A stretch of 64,000 bases of DNA from the NCBI GenBank assembly GCA_018238155.1, contig JABCTZ010000007.1, positions 1-64,000 of the forward strand. Reading direction: 5' to 3'. This document shows positions 9,049 through 19,143 of the stretch, piece by piece. A model generated the notes under the pieces. It worked only from the letters and a program-made list of their open reading frames with translations. It searched no databases and was not told the origin of the DNA. The position numbers were made by a program, and so were the translations under genes. The stretch is from Candidatus Heimdallarchaeota archaeon. GTDB taxonomy: Archaea; Asgardarchaeota; Heimdallarchaeia; JABLTI01. The number at the start of each line of letters is the position of its first letter. The first letter of the stretch is position 1.

Positions 9049-10275
9049 ATGTTCTTTGTTCTATTATTAACAATATTTGGAACAATGACAATTTCAATTA
9101 CAAATGTACATGGATATGAGACTTTTACTGGTTACGTAAAAGATAGATCAAATAACCCAATATCTGGAGCATCGGTTATGTTAACCGATAGTTTAACGGC
9201 TATACTTGGTTATACATCTACAAATGCTTATGGTTATTATTCATTTACTGCAACATTAAGGGGCAATTCACCTTATTCCCTGTCTGTAGGAAAGACTGGT
9301 TATGAACCAGATGATAAAATCATTACTAGCGGAGGTTCTAATGACTTTAGTTTATATGCTTATGTATATGGTTATGTAGAGGACTCACAAGATGATTTTA
9401 TATCTGGTTCTACTGTTAGAGTCTATCATAATTCTGGCTTTTTAGGTTCTGATACTACAGACTCGAATGGGTATTACTATATACAAATTGATAGCACACC
9501 AACAAATGGTGAAATAACTGCGGAAAAACGTGGTTTTAGAGATTATTCTCAATCAATTTCAACTGGTGGATCATTTAATTTCAATATGAATGCTTTAAAA
9601 GCAATTATTGTCGGTATATCTGATTATCAAAGTATCAGCGATTTATACTATTGTGATGAAGATGCTTCTGACTGGTATGATCACTTATATGACTTAGGTT
9701 ATGATTGTGAAGTCTATGGTGATGGACATACTTCTAATTATCCACAATATGATGGATTAGCCACTGAATCAAATGTTCGAGCTGCAATACAATCTCTTGC
9801 GACTAGTACAGGTTCAGGAGATACAGTATGTTTTATAACTTCTGGTCATGGTGGAACCTCTTGGGGTAAACAATATCTTGTTATGCATGAATGTAATGCC
9901 TTTGGTGGTAAATATAAAGAAAATGAAATAAAGGATGATTTCGAAGATTTTGCTAGCGGTGTGAATTTATTTTTCTTTTTTGATAATTGCTATTCAGGTG
10001 GTATTTTACCATCATTATCCTCAATGAGTAATGAAGAATACATCTATTGCGCTGCAACTTGTACTAAAAATGGATATGGTTTTGAAACATATGTTCCCCG
10101 TAATGGCCTCTGGACATACTTTTTCCTAGAATACTCTTGGATTAATCATTTTGGTGGCGATGCTACTGATTCTATGGAAGATGTCTTTGAATACGCACAT
10201 GATAATTACGATTATACTACTGGTATTCACGAACCGCAAGAATATGATGGTGATGCAGGATCTTTCTATCTATAA
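9049..10275 (+). CDS. Secreted caspase-family (clan CD, C14-like) peptidase with two carboxypeptidase-regulatory-like domains
   Basis: KAIIVGISDY, SGHGG and FDNCYSGG (His-Cys dyad); repeats GYVKD..NNPISGASV and GYVEDS..FISGSTV; N-terminal hydrophobic segment. Confidence 0.75.
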   Translation: MFFVLLLTIFGTMTISITNVHGYETFTGYVKDRSNNPISGASVMLTDSLTAILGYTSTNAYGYYSFTATLRGNSPYSLSVGKTGYEPDDKIITSGGSNDFSLYAYVYGYVEDSQDDFISGSTVRVYHNSGFLGSDTTDSNGYYYIQIDSTPTNGEITAEKRGFRDYSQSISTGGSFNFNMNALKAIIVGISDYQSISDLYYCDEDASDWYDHLYDLGYDCEVYGDGHTSNYPQYDGLATESNVRAAIQSLATSTGSGDTVCFITSGHGGTSWGKQYLVMHECNAFGGKYKENEIKDDFEDFASGVNLFFFFDNCYSGGILPSLSSMSNEEYIYCAATCTKNGYGFETYVPRNGLWTYFFLEYSWINHFGGDATDSMEDVFEYAHDNYDYTTGIHEPQEYDGDAGSFYL

Positions 10276-10411
10276 GATTTTAAGTATAAAGAGAAATAAC
10301 ACTGATATCATCAGTGTTAATTTATTCTCAAAGAAATCACCTATTAAACAGTTTAATAAATTTCTTTGAGTAAGATCTTAAATATTTAAATATTATAAAC
10401 TTCAAATTTAC

Positions 10412-13318
10412 TTGGATTTGGAACTGATGAATGCAATTGAAAAAGGAAATCAGAGGATTAAATCAATACTAGGTGTATTTCTTAAAACAGGTAAAAAGAG
10501 ATTGCTTATTTCTACCTTAGTTAGTATTATTATTTTTACTCTGTTACTAACTTTTCTTTTAACTTGGTTTAATTATCGATATACCTCATTCCAAAACTAT
10601 GAAGAAGCTCATGATTGGTATAACAATAATGAGATTAGTGTTATTTATGATAGCGGTTTTAAAGATGGAATGATTAACGTAAGCTCCTATCTTGACTTAG
10701 CTGTTGATGAGATTTATTCTACTGTAGATGGAATTGCTAGTGATATGTTTGATAATTATACTGCTTCGATGTACTACAGAATGGAATCAGTGAACTATAA
10801 TTTGGAAAATCAAACTTATGATACGAGTTTGATGACTTTTCAACAAGAAGTATTTGAAATTCTTACTAATAATCTAATTGAGGGTAGGATCCCTAATAAT
10901 AAATCCGAGTTAATTTACTATTCGAGCGATTTATCTTCACCAGTTTATCAATTAGGAGATCAACTTGGTTTATACGCTACGGAGGGGGAAACCTTCCACC
11001 TTCAAAATTTCACCATTGTTGGTATAGTAGATAGTGTTGAAAACAAACTATATAAACATGGATTTTCAAGAGATATCTTTCGTTCTTTCCGTAAAGATCA
11101 ACGAGAAATCGATCAATTTAAAATGGATCTATTCTTCACTAGTTCTCAATACTTTATCAATATAATTTCAAATTATCCATATGATTATTCTCAAAGACTG
11201 ACTTTAAATGTCGATTTTTCTTGTCAAATTAGAGTTAAGGAAATACGTAGTTTATTCAAAATTACTGATGAGTTGAATAACATTCAATTCAGTTCTCAAT
11301 ATTATAGTTATTTACCTCAACGATATTCAGTATTTTGCTCTGATTTTGAAATTTTCATAGTCACCTTTCAATCTAATTGGCTTTCTCAAACAATTAATCT
11401 TTTCCTCATAGGAGTGCCTCTGTTTCTTTTGTTTGGTTTGATAATTATTGAATTATTTAATATTGGAAATTTCGAAAAGAGAACTCAATTCAAGATTATT
11501 AAGAATTATGGTCTAGATTTTAGCACTCTAAGAAAAATCTTGTTAGTAGAAAATCTAATTCCTGCTTCTTTTGGATTAGTGATTGGTTCTTCGTTAGGTA
11601 TACTTATTGGTTATTTGGTCTCTTCATTTGGACTTGATATTACAAATAGTGTATCTTATTTTAATGCTCTTTTGGAACCAGTTGTTCCTATTACTTTCCT
11701 CTCTTTATTCACATTTTTATTTATGGGTGGCTTTATTTTAGAAACACGTTTAGCAAGAAGAACACTACAACTTACTTCTGAAATATATAAAACAAAACGT
11801 AAGAAATATATTCGAAAAATACTTAGCTCTACAGAATCATTATTACTTCTGTCTGGAATTATTACATCAGTTATTGGTTTTCTTAGTTGGTTGTATATTT
11901 CAAATTCTGATTACTCCTTAACTTTGGCAGTTGTATCTCTTTTGAGTGTTTTTGTTTTTCTAATGGTGGTTGGAGTCACTCTAACATTGGCATCGCTTTT
12001 TCTTCTCTTATCAAAAATGATTATATTTCTATGGCGTTATATAGGGAAACAGGTTTGGAAACGAAGGAGGAGTTACTTCACATTAGCTTTGAAGCAATTA
12101 TCAATATATAGCAAAGATTACAAGAGAGTAATTTTTATAGCGTTGCTTGTTAGTCTTTGTGTTTCTCCAGGTTTAGTGTTATCTAAATCTAAAAATGACC
12201 ATTTAGAAATGGAAGCTAATCTCAAAGCTGGTTTTTCTGATATTCTTATTCAAAGTTGGGTTGTCAATAACACAAGATTGATGGAAAATGTTTCGAGTAT
12301 TGATGGAGTAGAATTAGTTGCCCAAGTTGATGTTGTAGAACTTGGAGAAACAAGTAATGTAAAAGCTTCAAATACTGATGATAGAGCGTTCGATGTTGAC
12401 ATATTAAGTATCTACAATGTTTCAAAATTTATTGATGCAATTTCAGATAATTTTCCTAATTCATGTGAATATACTTTAACTGATATATATGAACTTGAAA
12501 AAAATATGACCTATATGATGAGTTCGAAATATGCACAAAAAGAGAACTATGATAAAGATAGAGTCTACACAAGTTCCAAAATTACATCCCTTTCTTACGA
12601 TTCTTACAATATGATTTTTATAGATAAATTTGATTATTTTCCAATTTTACCATATAAATCAACTAACTTTCTTGATAGATTATTTCTTGGTAGTTTGTTG
12701 CATGAGGAAAAATATAATCTAGTTATGAGTAATTTAACTTATTCTCAATTAGATTTAGGTACTGAGATATATACTGAATCCTATCTTTTAGTAAAAACAA
12801 CCTCTGCTATGAATAAAGATCAGATTATAGACGAGATTGAAAAATTGCCATACATAATTAGTGTCACCTCTCCAGAAGATGAACTAAATTTTCTAGAACT
12901 TGAGTTTAATCAATTTTCAATAGGATTTCTAGTAATAATTACTATTATTTCATTCCTTCTGTTTTTCTTCGAAGGATATATTACAGCGAGAGATATTTAT
13001 AAACAAAGAATACGCATCACTGAGTCTGAATATATTGTTGGTGCAAAAAAGCATCAGATTTGGTTGAATTTTTCGATAGAATTACTTTTAGTAACAATAT
13101 TTCCATTGCTTATTTCAATACTTTTATCTTCAATTTTATTATATAATGCACATGCCTATTTTTTGGGTATACCTCAGAATTTCAAGAAGTTTGTTCCTTG
13201 GTTGCCAGTTTGGTTTATTGTATTAATTCTTCTCTTCTCTTTACTTGTAGTTTTAAGTGGTTGGTCATTTGAAATGTGGAATCAATTCAGAAGATATAAA
13301 TCAGTGCGTCAGGAGTGA
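10412..13318 (+). CDS. FtsX/MacB-like ABC transporter permease (duplicated architecture)
   Basis: LIEGRIP..KSEL, FTIVGIV and KNYG...LVENL motifs; two large extracytoplasmic domains. Confidence 0.75.
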   Translation: MDLELMNAIEKGNQRIKSILGVFLKTGKKRLLISTLVSIIIFTLLLTFLLTWFNYRYTSFQNYEEAHDWYNNNEISVIYDSGFKDGMINVSSYLDLAVDEIYSTVDGIASDMFDNYTASMYYRMESVNYNLENQTYDTSLMTFQQEVFEILTNNLIEGRIPNNKSELIYYSSDLSSPVYQLGDQLGLYATEGETFHLQNFTIVGIVDSVENKLYKHGFSRDIFRSFRKDQREIDQFKMDLFFTSSQYFINIISNYPYDYSQRLTLNVDFSCQIRVKEIRSLFKITDELNNIQFSSQYYSYLPQRYSVFCSDFEIFIVTFQSNWLSQTINLFLIGVPLFLLFGLIIIELFNIGNFEKRTQFKIIKNYGLDFSTLRKILLVENLIPASFGLVIGSSLGILIGYLVSSFGLDITNSVSYFNALLEPVVPITFLSLFTFLFMGGFILETRLARRTLQLTSEIYKTKRKKYIRKILSSTESLLLLSGIITSVIGFLSWLYISNSDYSLTLAVVSLLSVFVFLMVVGVTLTLASLFLLLSKMIIFLWRYIGKQVWKRRRSYFTLALKQLSIYSKDYKRVIFIALLVSLCVSPGLVLSKSKNDHLEMEANLKAGFSDILIQSWVVNNTRLMENVSSIDGVELVAQVDVVELGETSNVKASNTDDRAFDVDILSIYNVSKFIDAISDNFPNSCEYTLTDIYELEKNMTYMMSSKYAQKENYDKDRVYTSSKITSLSYDSYNMIFIDKFDYFPILPYKSTNFLDRLFLGSLLHEEKYNLVMSNLTYSQLDLGTEIYTESYLLVKTTSAMNKDQIIDEIEKLPYIISVTSPEDELNFLELEFNQFSIGFLVIITIISFLLFFFEGYITARDIYKQRIRITESEYIVGAKKHQIWLNFSIELLLVTIFPLLISILLSSILLYNAHAYFLGIPQNFKKFVPWLPVWFIVLILLFSLLVVLSGWSFEMWNQFRRYKSVRQE

Positions 13319-13324
13319 GATGAT

Positions 13325-14983
13325 TTGATTAAGTGTAAAGACCTAATAAAAATCTATTATGATGAAGAAACAAGCTTACGAGTTCCCGCTTTACGAGGGT
13401 GTGATTTGTTTGTCAGTGAAGGAGAGATTTTATCGATCGTTGGTCCGTCTGGTTCTGGTAAAACTACTTTTATCAATATTCTTGCTGGATTAGATATTTG
13501 TTCTAGTGGTGAAGTAATTGTTGGGGATTATCATTTAGCTCAAATGTCTTTAGAGGAATTAAATACTTATAGATTAGAAATGGTTGGGATAGTAGACCAA
13601 TTCCCAGAACGAACTCTCTTTCTTGATGGAACTCTTAAAGATAATCTAAAATTCGCATCAAATATTAGGCAAATTTCTGCTGGAAAATCACAAAGAAATC
13701 ATCAGAATATACTGGATAAATTGGGGATAACCCATTTGAAAAATCGTCTTGTTCGAAATTTTTCTGGTGGGGAATTAATTCGAGCTGCTATAGCTTGTGC
13801 TTTAGCAAAAGAAGTCCCTATTTTATTGTGTGATGAACCGACAGGGCAATTAGATAGTGCTAATACTTTCAAAGTGAAAGACTTATTGAAAGAAATTGCG
13901 GTTGAATTTGGAACCACTATTCTTGTTGTTACTCATGATCCGCGATTTCTAGATGGCGTAGATAAAACTTGTGAAATAAAGAATGGTCGAGTCTCATCGG
14001 TGCTTGATGTAGCTGAGCAATTAGTTTATGGAACAAAAAAACAATTTCCATTAAAGTTTAAAATGCAAATTGACTCCACTAATAGCATTCGATTGCCCGA
14101 TTATATTAGCAATCTCTTACATTTAACGAATAATGCTGAGTTGGATGTTTCTGAGGATGGTAAAGTTCTTCTAACTCATCCGGAAGGGCTTGCTCCTAAT
14201 AAACCATCATTAGAAAAAATAAAACTCATTAGAAAAGAACTTTTAATGGAATCCTTGCCTTCGACTTATTTCCAACAATCGAATATCATTATTGAATTAA
14301 TTAATATATCCAAGAATTACAGTACTAATAAGAATGTTGTAAAAGCATTATCAAATATAAACCTCCAAATTAAGAAGGGCGAGTTAGTATTTATTCTAGG
14401 TCCGAGTGGCTCGGGGAAAACTACTCTAATAAAATTATTATCTGGTCTAGAGGATGAAACTTTTGGTTCAATACGAATTTTAGATAAAATTTTCAGTGAA
14501 TTTTCTAATACGCAAAAATCAGCTTTTCGAAAACAAAATATAGGATTGGTTCCACAACAAGGTATCTTGCATCCTTATTTAACAATTGCTGAAAATTTCT
14601 TTCTTAAGGATTTTTTTTCAGGTAAAATTGTTAAAGATTTTGAAACTCAAAAAGTAACTGAATATCTCAAGAAATTTAATATTACTCATAGGAAGAATTC
14701 ATATCCTCTTGAAATTTCTGGTGGGGAGCTTCAACGTGCATCACTTGCAATAGCCTCAAGTCAGAGCCCTCAAATAATAATTTTAGATGAACCTACTGCG
14801 AATCTAGATTCTGAGCTTGCTGAAGAGGTAATGCAGGAAATATATAATTTGCATTCGATGACTAATATTACATCTCTAATTGCTACCCATGATATTAATA
14901 TTATTAAAGATGGTTATAGAGCTATCGTACTAGAGGATGGTAAAATAGAACAAGATGGACTTACCACCTCATTAGATGTTTAG
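13325..14983 (+). CDS. ABC ATPase with two LolD-type NBDs
   Basis: Two GPSGSGKT Walker A motifs; FSGGE and ISGGE signatures; two DEPT Walker B motifs. Confidence 0.9.
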   Translation: MIKCKDLIKIYYDEETSLRVPALRGCDLFVSEGEILSIVGPSGSGKTTFINILAGLDICSSGEVIVGDYHLAQMSLEELNTYRLEMVGIVDQFPERTLFLDGTLKDNLKFASNIRQISAGKSQRNHQNILDKLGITHLKNRLVRNFSGGELIRAAIACALAKEVPILLCDEPTGQLDSANTFKVKDLLKEIAVEFGTTILVVTHDPRFLDGVDKTCEIKNGRVSSVLDVAEQLVYGTKKQFPLKFKMQIDSTNSIRLPDYISNLLHLTNNAELDVSEDGKVLLTHPEGLAPNKPSLEKIKLIRKELLMESLPSTYFQQSNIIIELINISKNYSTNKNVVKALSNINLQIKKGELVFILGPSGSGKTTLIKLLSGLEDETFGSIRILDKIFSEFSNTQKSAFRKQNIGLVPQQGILHPYLTIAENFFLKDFFSGKIVKDFETQKVTEYLKKFNITHRKNSYPLEISGGELQRASLAIASSQSPQIIILDEPTANLDSELAEEVMQEIYNLHSMTNITSLIATHDINIIKDGYRAIVLEDGKIEQDGLTTSLDV

Positions 14984-15012
14984 AGGTTCGAATTCCGACT
15001 CGCCACCATTTT
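14984..15012 (+). repeat. Degenerate copy of the tRNA-Pro 3' end (att-like)
   Basis: TTCGAATTCCGACTCG-CCACCATTTT versus tRNA TTCAAATTCCGGCTCGGCCACCATTTT, 24/27. Confidence 0.75.
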
Positions 15013-15165
15013 AATTTATTCATCTTGTATTATTTATCTCCTGTTTTTTGATCATTTCTTTTTACCAAAAAATATTAAGTACAATTACTTTTACTGATAT
15101 AAAGAAAGGGTAGCAACTGTTGCCACTTTTATGGATAGATAGGACCTATAAATAATATGAAGATT

Positions 15166-16176
15166 TCACATGAAGCTATCAAATGAGATGATTTTTGGCA
15201 AGTCTAAAGAATTAGGGTCAAGAACTATGAGGCATCGTTGATGGTAAGGATTGCCCTTTTTTGTCCAGTGACCAGAACCATAAACTCGAAAGCGTTCATT
15301 ATAAAATCAGAGATGAACATGTCCAACAACAAGATGTGTTTCTTCAGTGATAGCAGGCAACCAAATCTTACCAAATTATATTAAACCCTTTTTTGCTTCA
15401 AAGACCGCTTTTCCGATATTTGTTTTATTTACTAGTGCAGGATTTATACCGATTCTATTTCCATGAACGAATAATACTTGCTCCGAACCGATCTCAACTT
15501 GTAGGATCCACCCGAAATATTCCAATATTTTCTTAGTTGTAAGTTCTTTTGGTTTTGAAAAGTCCGATTTTAATGTCATTACTAATCCAATTGATTTTTC
15601 AGTAATTGCCAATTCTTCAGATCGTTTTTGGATCAATTCTTGCCATAAAAAGTCTGAATTAACTACCATAGTCGCTGGTGGAAAGGCAACCGGATCTTAC
15701 GAAGTCTTACAAATTCCTACTCGGTCACCATTTCTTTTGTTCTTTCTGTATCCTAATATTTCTTTTCTATCTTTTTCAGCGAAATTTCTTAAACCGTTTT
15801 CACCTTCGACTCCTGTTATTACTTTCTTTATCCACTCTTTCTCTTCTAATCTTAGTACTAGAAATGGAAATCTTGAGAGTATCCTGTCACTATCCTTTAC
15901 CCGCACAAAATCGATCTTTCGTACAAGGATAGAATACAAGTTCAGTGACCAAACATTATCATTACAAGGAACAAACCATTCTCCCTTAAGCGAAGTTAAG
16001 TCGCTATTGTCATTAGAGTTTTCTTTCTGTGATTCTTTAGCTAAAAGTTTGTTAGCAGTTAGCCAGTCATTTATTGGAGTAGGTTTTGCATCGAGTAAAA
16101 AAGGATCATTTTGCCAATTTAGTATCACAAGAAACTTCCTCACAAAGCTTTGGTACTATTATTCCATTTAAGCACC
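15166..16176 (-). pseudogene. Degraded calcineurin-like metallophosphoesterase
   Basis: Reading through stops gives VLFVHGN...AKKGLI*FGKIW...HLVVGHVHL*FYNERFRVYGSGHW (xHG, GHxH and G.W motifs); the upstream fragment is frameshifted. Confidence 0.55.
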
Positions 16177-16338
16177 TATTCTTCAATTTACCATATTTGT
16201 GTTGGATCATTACTTACTCGTACTTTTTTCTTAGATTGTATTTTCTTTCTCATTATTTGGTTCTGCATTTCTATTTTTTTCAAAATAGAAATAATAAGGT
16301 GAGAAATTCACCTTACAATTGCTTGCTATCTTTTTCTC

Positions 16339-18966
16339 TTACCAACCAAATCCTCCACTACCAGGATAGTCTGAGGAATCGTTCGGATCGGTTCCATTGA
16401 TTACTTCTGTTAGGTCACTATACCCATCGTTATCACTGTCTGAATCCTTCGGATTTGTATGGTAAGTATTGACTTCGAGACCGTCTAATAGTCCGTCATT
16501 ATCGCAATCGTTGTCAAGCGGATTTAACGCATGACTCTTCTCATATCCGTCCGTTAAGCCATCGCTATCGACATCGCGGATTTTGATCTTACTTCTAGCA
16601 GAAGAAGAGGATTGACCGTAGGTGTTGATCCACCAATAATACTCGTTTTTATCGCTTATACCATCATTATCTGTGTCAGCTTTTGTTGGATTAGTACCTG
16701 ATGTATAGACTTCGTAATAATCTGTCCAGCCATCGCCATCTGTATCTGCAACATTTGGATTCGTGTTATAATTTACTACTTCCAGTTTGTCATTCAATCC
16801 GTCATTATCAGTATCCGTGTCTCTTGGATTACAATTATTGAGGTACTCATCAATATTTGTTAATCCATCTCCATCTGCATCATTTTGAGCATCATTAATC
16901 AATGGAAGCAAATTATTATCTACTTCCCACCCGTCTTTCATGCCATCGTTATCACTATCGTTATTGTGTGGATTGGTTCCTTCTTGATATTCCTCATAAT
17001 TGGTTAATCCATCAAGGTCAGCATCGCTAGTAGCATCATTAAGCAGTGGATTGAATCCATTATCTATTTCCCAATTATCTGGCATACCATCTCCATCTGT
17101 ATCCGCAGACATAGGATTGGTCTGGAGATTATATTCCTCTAGATTTGTAAGTCCATCTCCATCTGGATCTTCATTAGTGTTTGCCGTATTGGGATCTAGA
17201 CCATATTGTACTTCCCAATATTCAGATAAGTTATCATTATCGGAATCAGCATCTAAAGGATCAGTTTCAGTTAGATGTATTTCATCCCAATCTGGGAGAA
17301 AATCTCCATCTGTATCCCAATTATCAAAACTAGTACAATAAGTCATTTCTTCAAAATTGGTTAATCCATCCCCATCATAATCTTCATCTCTATCAAGTGT
17401 TCCATCACCATCCGTATCGCTTAGTGTTGGGTCATATATTTGTGTGTCTGCTTCCCAACCATCTAGCAACCAATCTCCATCTGTATCTCCTACAATGGGA
17501 TCAGTATTGTAGGTATTTATTTCTTCTCCATCTACTAATCCATCATAATCAGAATCTGGATTATTTGGATCTGTGAAATAGACGAAGAGCTCTTCATTGT
17601 CCCAGAGTCCATCTTCATCTGTATCTTCTTTGTTAGGGTCTGTATGATAAGTGTATAATTCTTCTATGTCCAATATTCCGTCTGAATCTTGTTCCGAATT
17701 TTCTAATCCTAATAATTTTAACGGATTTACCATTCCTAATCCATATTTCTGTAATCGCTCTACTCGTTGCTCTTCAATATCAGAATCATAGGGTACGTTG
17801 GAATCATATATTGCACTTTCAATGATTGCTTGTTCTAATTTTGAATTTGCCATACCGCTATAACCTTTTTTCCCTTGAAGTAGGGCAGCTATTCCAGCAA
17901 CAACTGGTGCAGCCATACTTGTTCCTGTCATATAAGTCGCATGAGTGTCTCCATCATAGATATTAGAAGTTGGATATGTAGAGAGTATGTTAAAACCCGG
18001 TGCAACTAATTTAAGATCGCCATCATTATCATTATCATAAACATATTCCTCATTTCTTAGACCAGCATCATTCGGTAGCTCATCGTAGATTGAGCTTACA
18101 CTTACAAAACCATTACAGAAAATTGGAATATTATTTTGATTTAAAATACCTTCTATTTCATAATCTCTAAATATTGGTTCAGTTTCCCAGTTATTTGCAA
18201 GAGAAGCAGGATAAATTAAATTCCAATCATTATCTTCTTTACTTTCTTTATTACCTGCAGCTGTAGTAAAGAAGAAATTTCCACTTTGAAGTAATCTTTT
18301 AAATATTAGATCTAAAATTCCTTCACGATCATCACTGATAATATGGTCTTCCCACCCTTCACTGATATTCACGATTTTTAATTCAGGGTCATCTATCTGA
18401 TCTTCAAGCCATTCCAGAAAGCTTGTTACAAAGCTAAGTATTTGTGCAGCAGTACTATGTGCTTTATGTGCCACTGAAATTATTCTTGCATCTGGTGCAA
18501 TTTGATGAATAATTCCTGCAACATGAGTCCCGTGACCATAACCATCTTGACCACCATAAGCAATATAATCATAGAAAATTGAATCTTCGTGAAAAGGATT
18601 CTCATCAGGATAATCCATAGGATTATATTCTAATATATCCCCTTCATTGTCTATTGTCACTATTTTATCAATAACTGATGTTCCATCAATACGTTCAAAA
18701 GCTTCATGTGTGAAATCTACTAAATGATCAAAAACAATTACTGTGACAGGTGTTCCAAGATAATTTTTTCCTGTATAATAATTATGAATTTGATTAAATC
18801 CCATATATTTTGAAAGTGTTGGGTCTATATAATCATCAGTAAGGCTATTTGAAAATAACATGTTATCTGCTGGATTACTAATAAGACCTTTTGATAATGA
18901 TTTGAAGTAATCCTTTAAAGAAGAGGAGTCTAAATCTCTTTGTATTTCATTTTCTACACCTCTCAT
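16339..18966 (-). CDS. S8 subtilase with ~19 C-terminal DxDxDG (TSP3-like Ca-binding) repeats
   Basis: Catalytic VIVFD, GHGTHVAG, AAGN and GTSMAAP motifs; repeated DTDGDG.TD..E....TNP units. Confidence 0.9.
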   Translation of the reverse strand: MRGVENEIQRDLDSSSLKDYFKSLSKGLISNPADNMLFSNSLTDDYIDPTLSKYMGFNQIHNYYTGKNYLGTPVTVIVFDHLVDFTHEAFERIDGTSVIDKIVTIDNEGDILEYNPMDYPDENPFHEDSIFYDYIAYGGQDGYGHGTHVAGIIHQIAPDARIISVAHKAHSTAAQILSFVTSFLEWLEDQIDDPELKIVNISEGWEDHIISDDREGILDLIFKRLLQSGNFFFTTAAGNKESKEDNDWNLIYPASLANNWETEPIFRDYEIEGILNQNNIPIFCNGFVSVSSIYDELPNDAGLRNEEYVYDNDNDGDLKLVAPGFNILSTYPTSNIYDGDTHATYMTGTSMAAPVVAGIAALLQGKKGYSGMANSKLEQAIIESAIYDSNVPYDSDIEEQRVERLQKYGLGMVNPLKLLGLENSEQDSDGILDIEELYTYHTDPNKEDTDEDGLWDNEELFVYFTDPNNPDSDYDGLVDGEEINTYNTDPIVGDTDGDWLLDGWEADTQIYDPTLSDTDGDGTLDRDEDYDGDGLTNFEEMTYCTSFDNWDTDGDFLPDWDEIHLTETDPLDADSDNDNLSEYWEVQYGLDPNTANTNEDPDGDGLTNLEEYNLQTNPMSADTDGDGMPDNWEIDNGFNPLLNDATSDADLDGLTNYEEYQEGTNPHNNDSDNDGMKDGWEVDNNLLPLINDAQNDADGDGLTNIDEYLNNCNPRDTDTDNDGLNDKLEVVNYNTNPNVADTDGDGWTDYYEVYTSGTNPTKADTDNDGISDKNEYYWWINTYGQSSSSARSKIKIRDVDSDGLTDGYEKSHALNPLDNDCDNDGLLDGLEVNTYHTNPKDSDSDNDGYSDLTEVINGTDPNDSSDYPGSGGFGW

Positions 18967-19143
18967 ACTTTTCTCTTTTTAAAAAAAGTACAATTACTTT
19001 ACTATCTCAAGTTCGACATTTAAATCTCCTGTATTTAAATACACTACTGTATTAAATTACTATGAATTAGTTAGCAAGAAGAACTTTTAAGTATTAGAAT
19101 GAAGCTTTTTTAAATATAAATTAGATATATTAGCTGATGGCAT

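Noticed and set aside
16339-17700. Repetitive DNA resembling a tandem repeat or CRISPR array
   Set aside because: Degenerate protein-coding DxDxDG repeats; no identical repeats with unique spacers anywhere in the window
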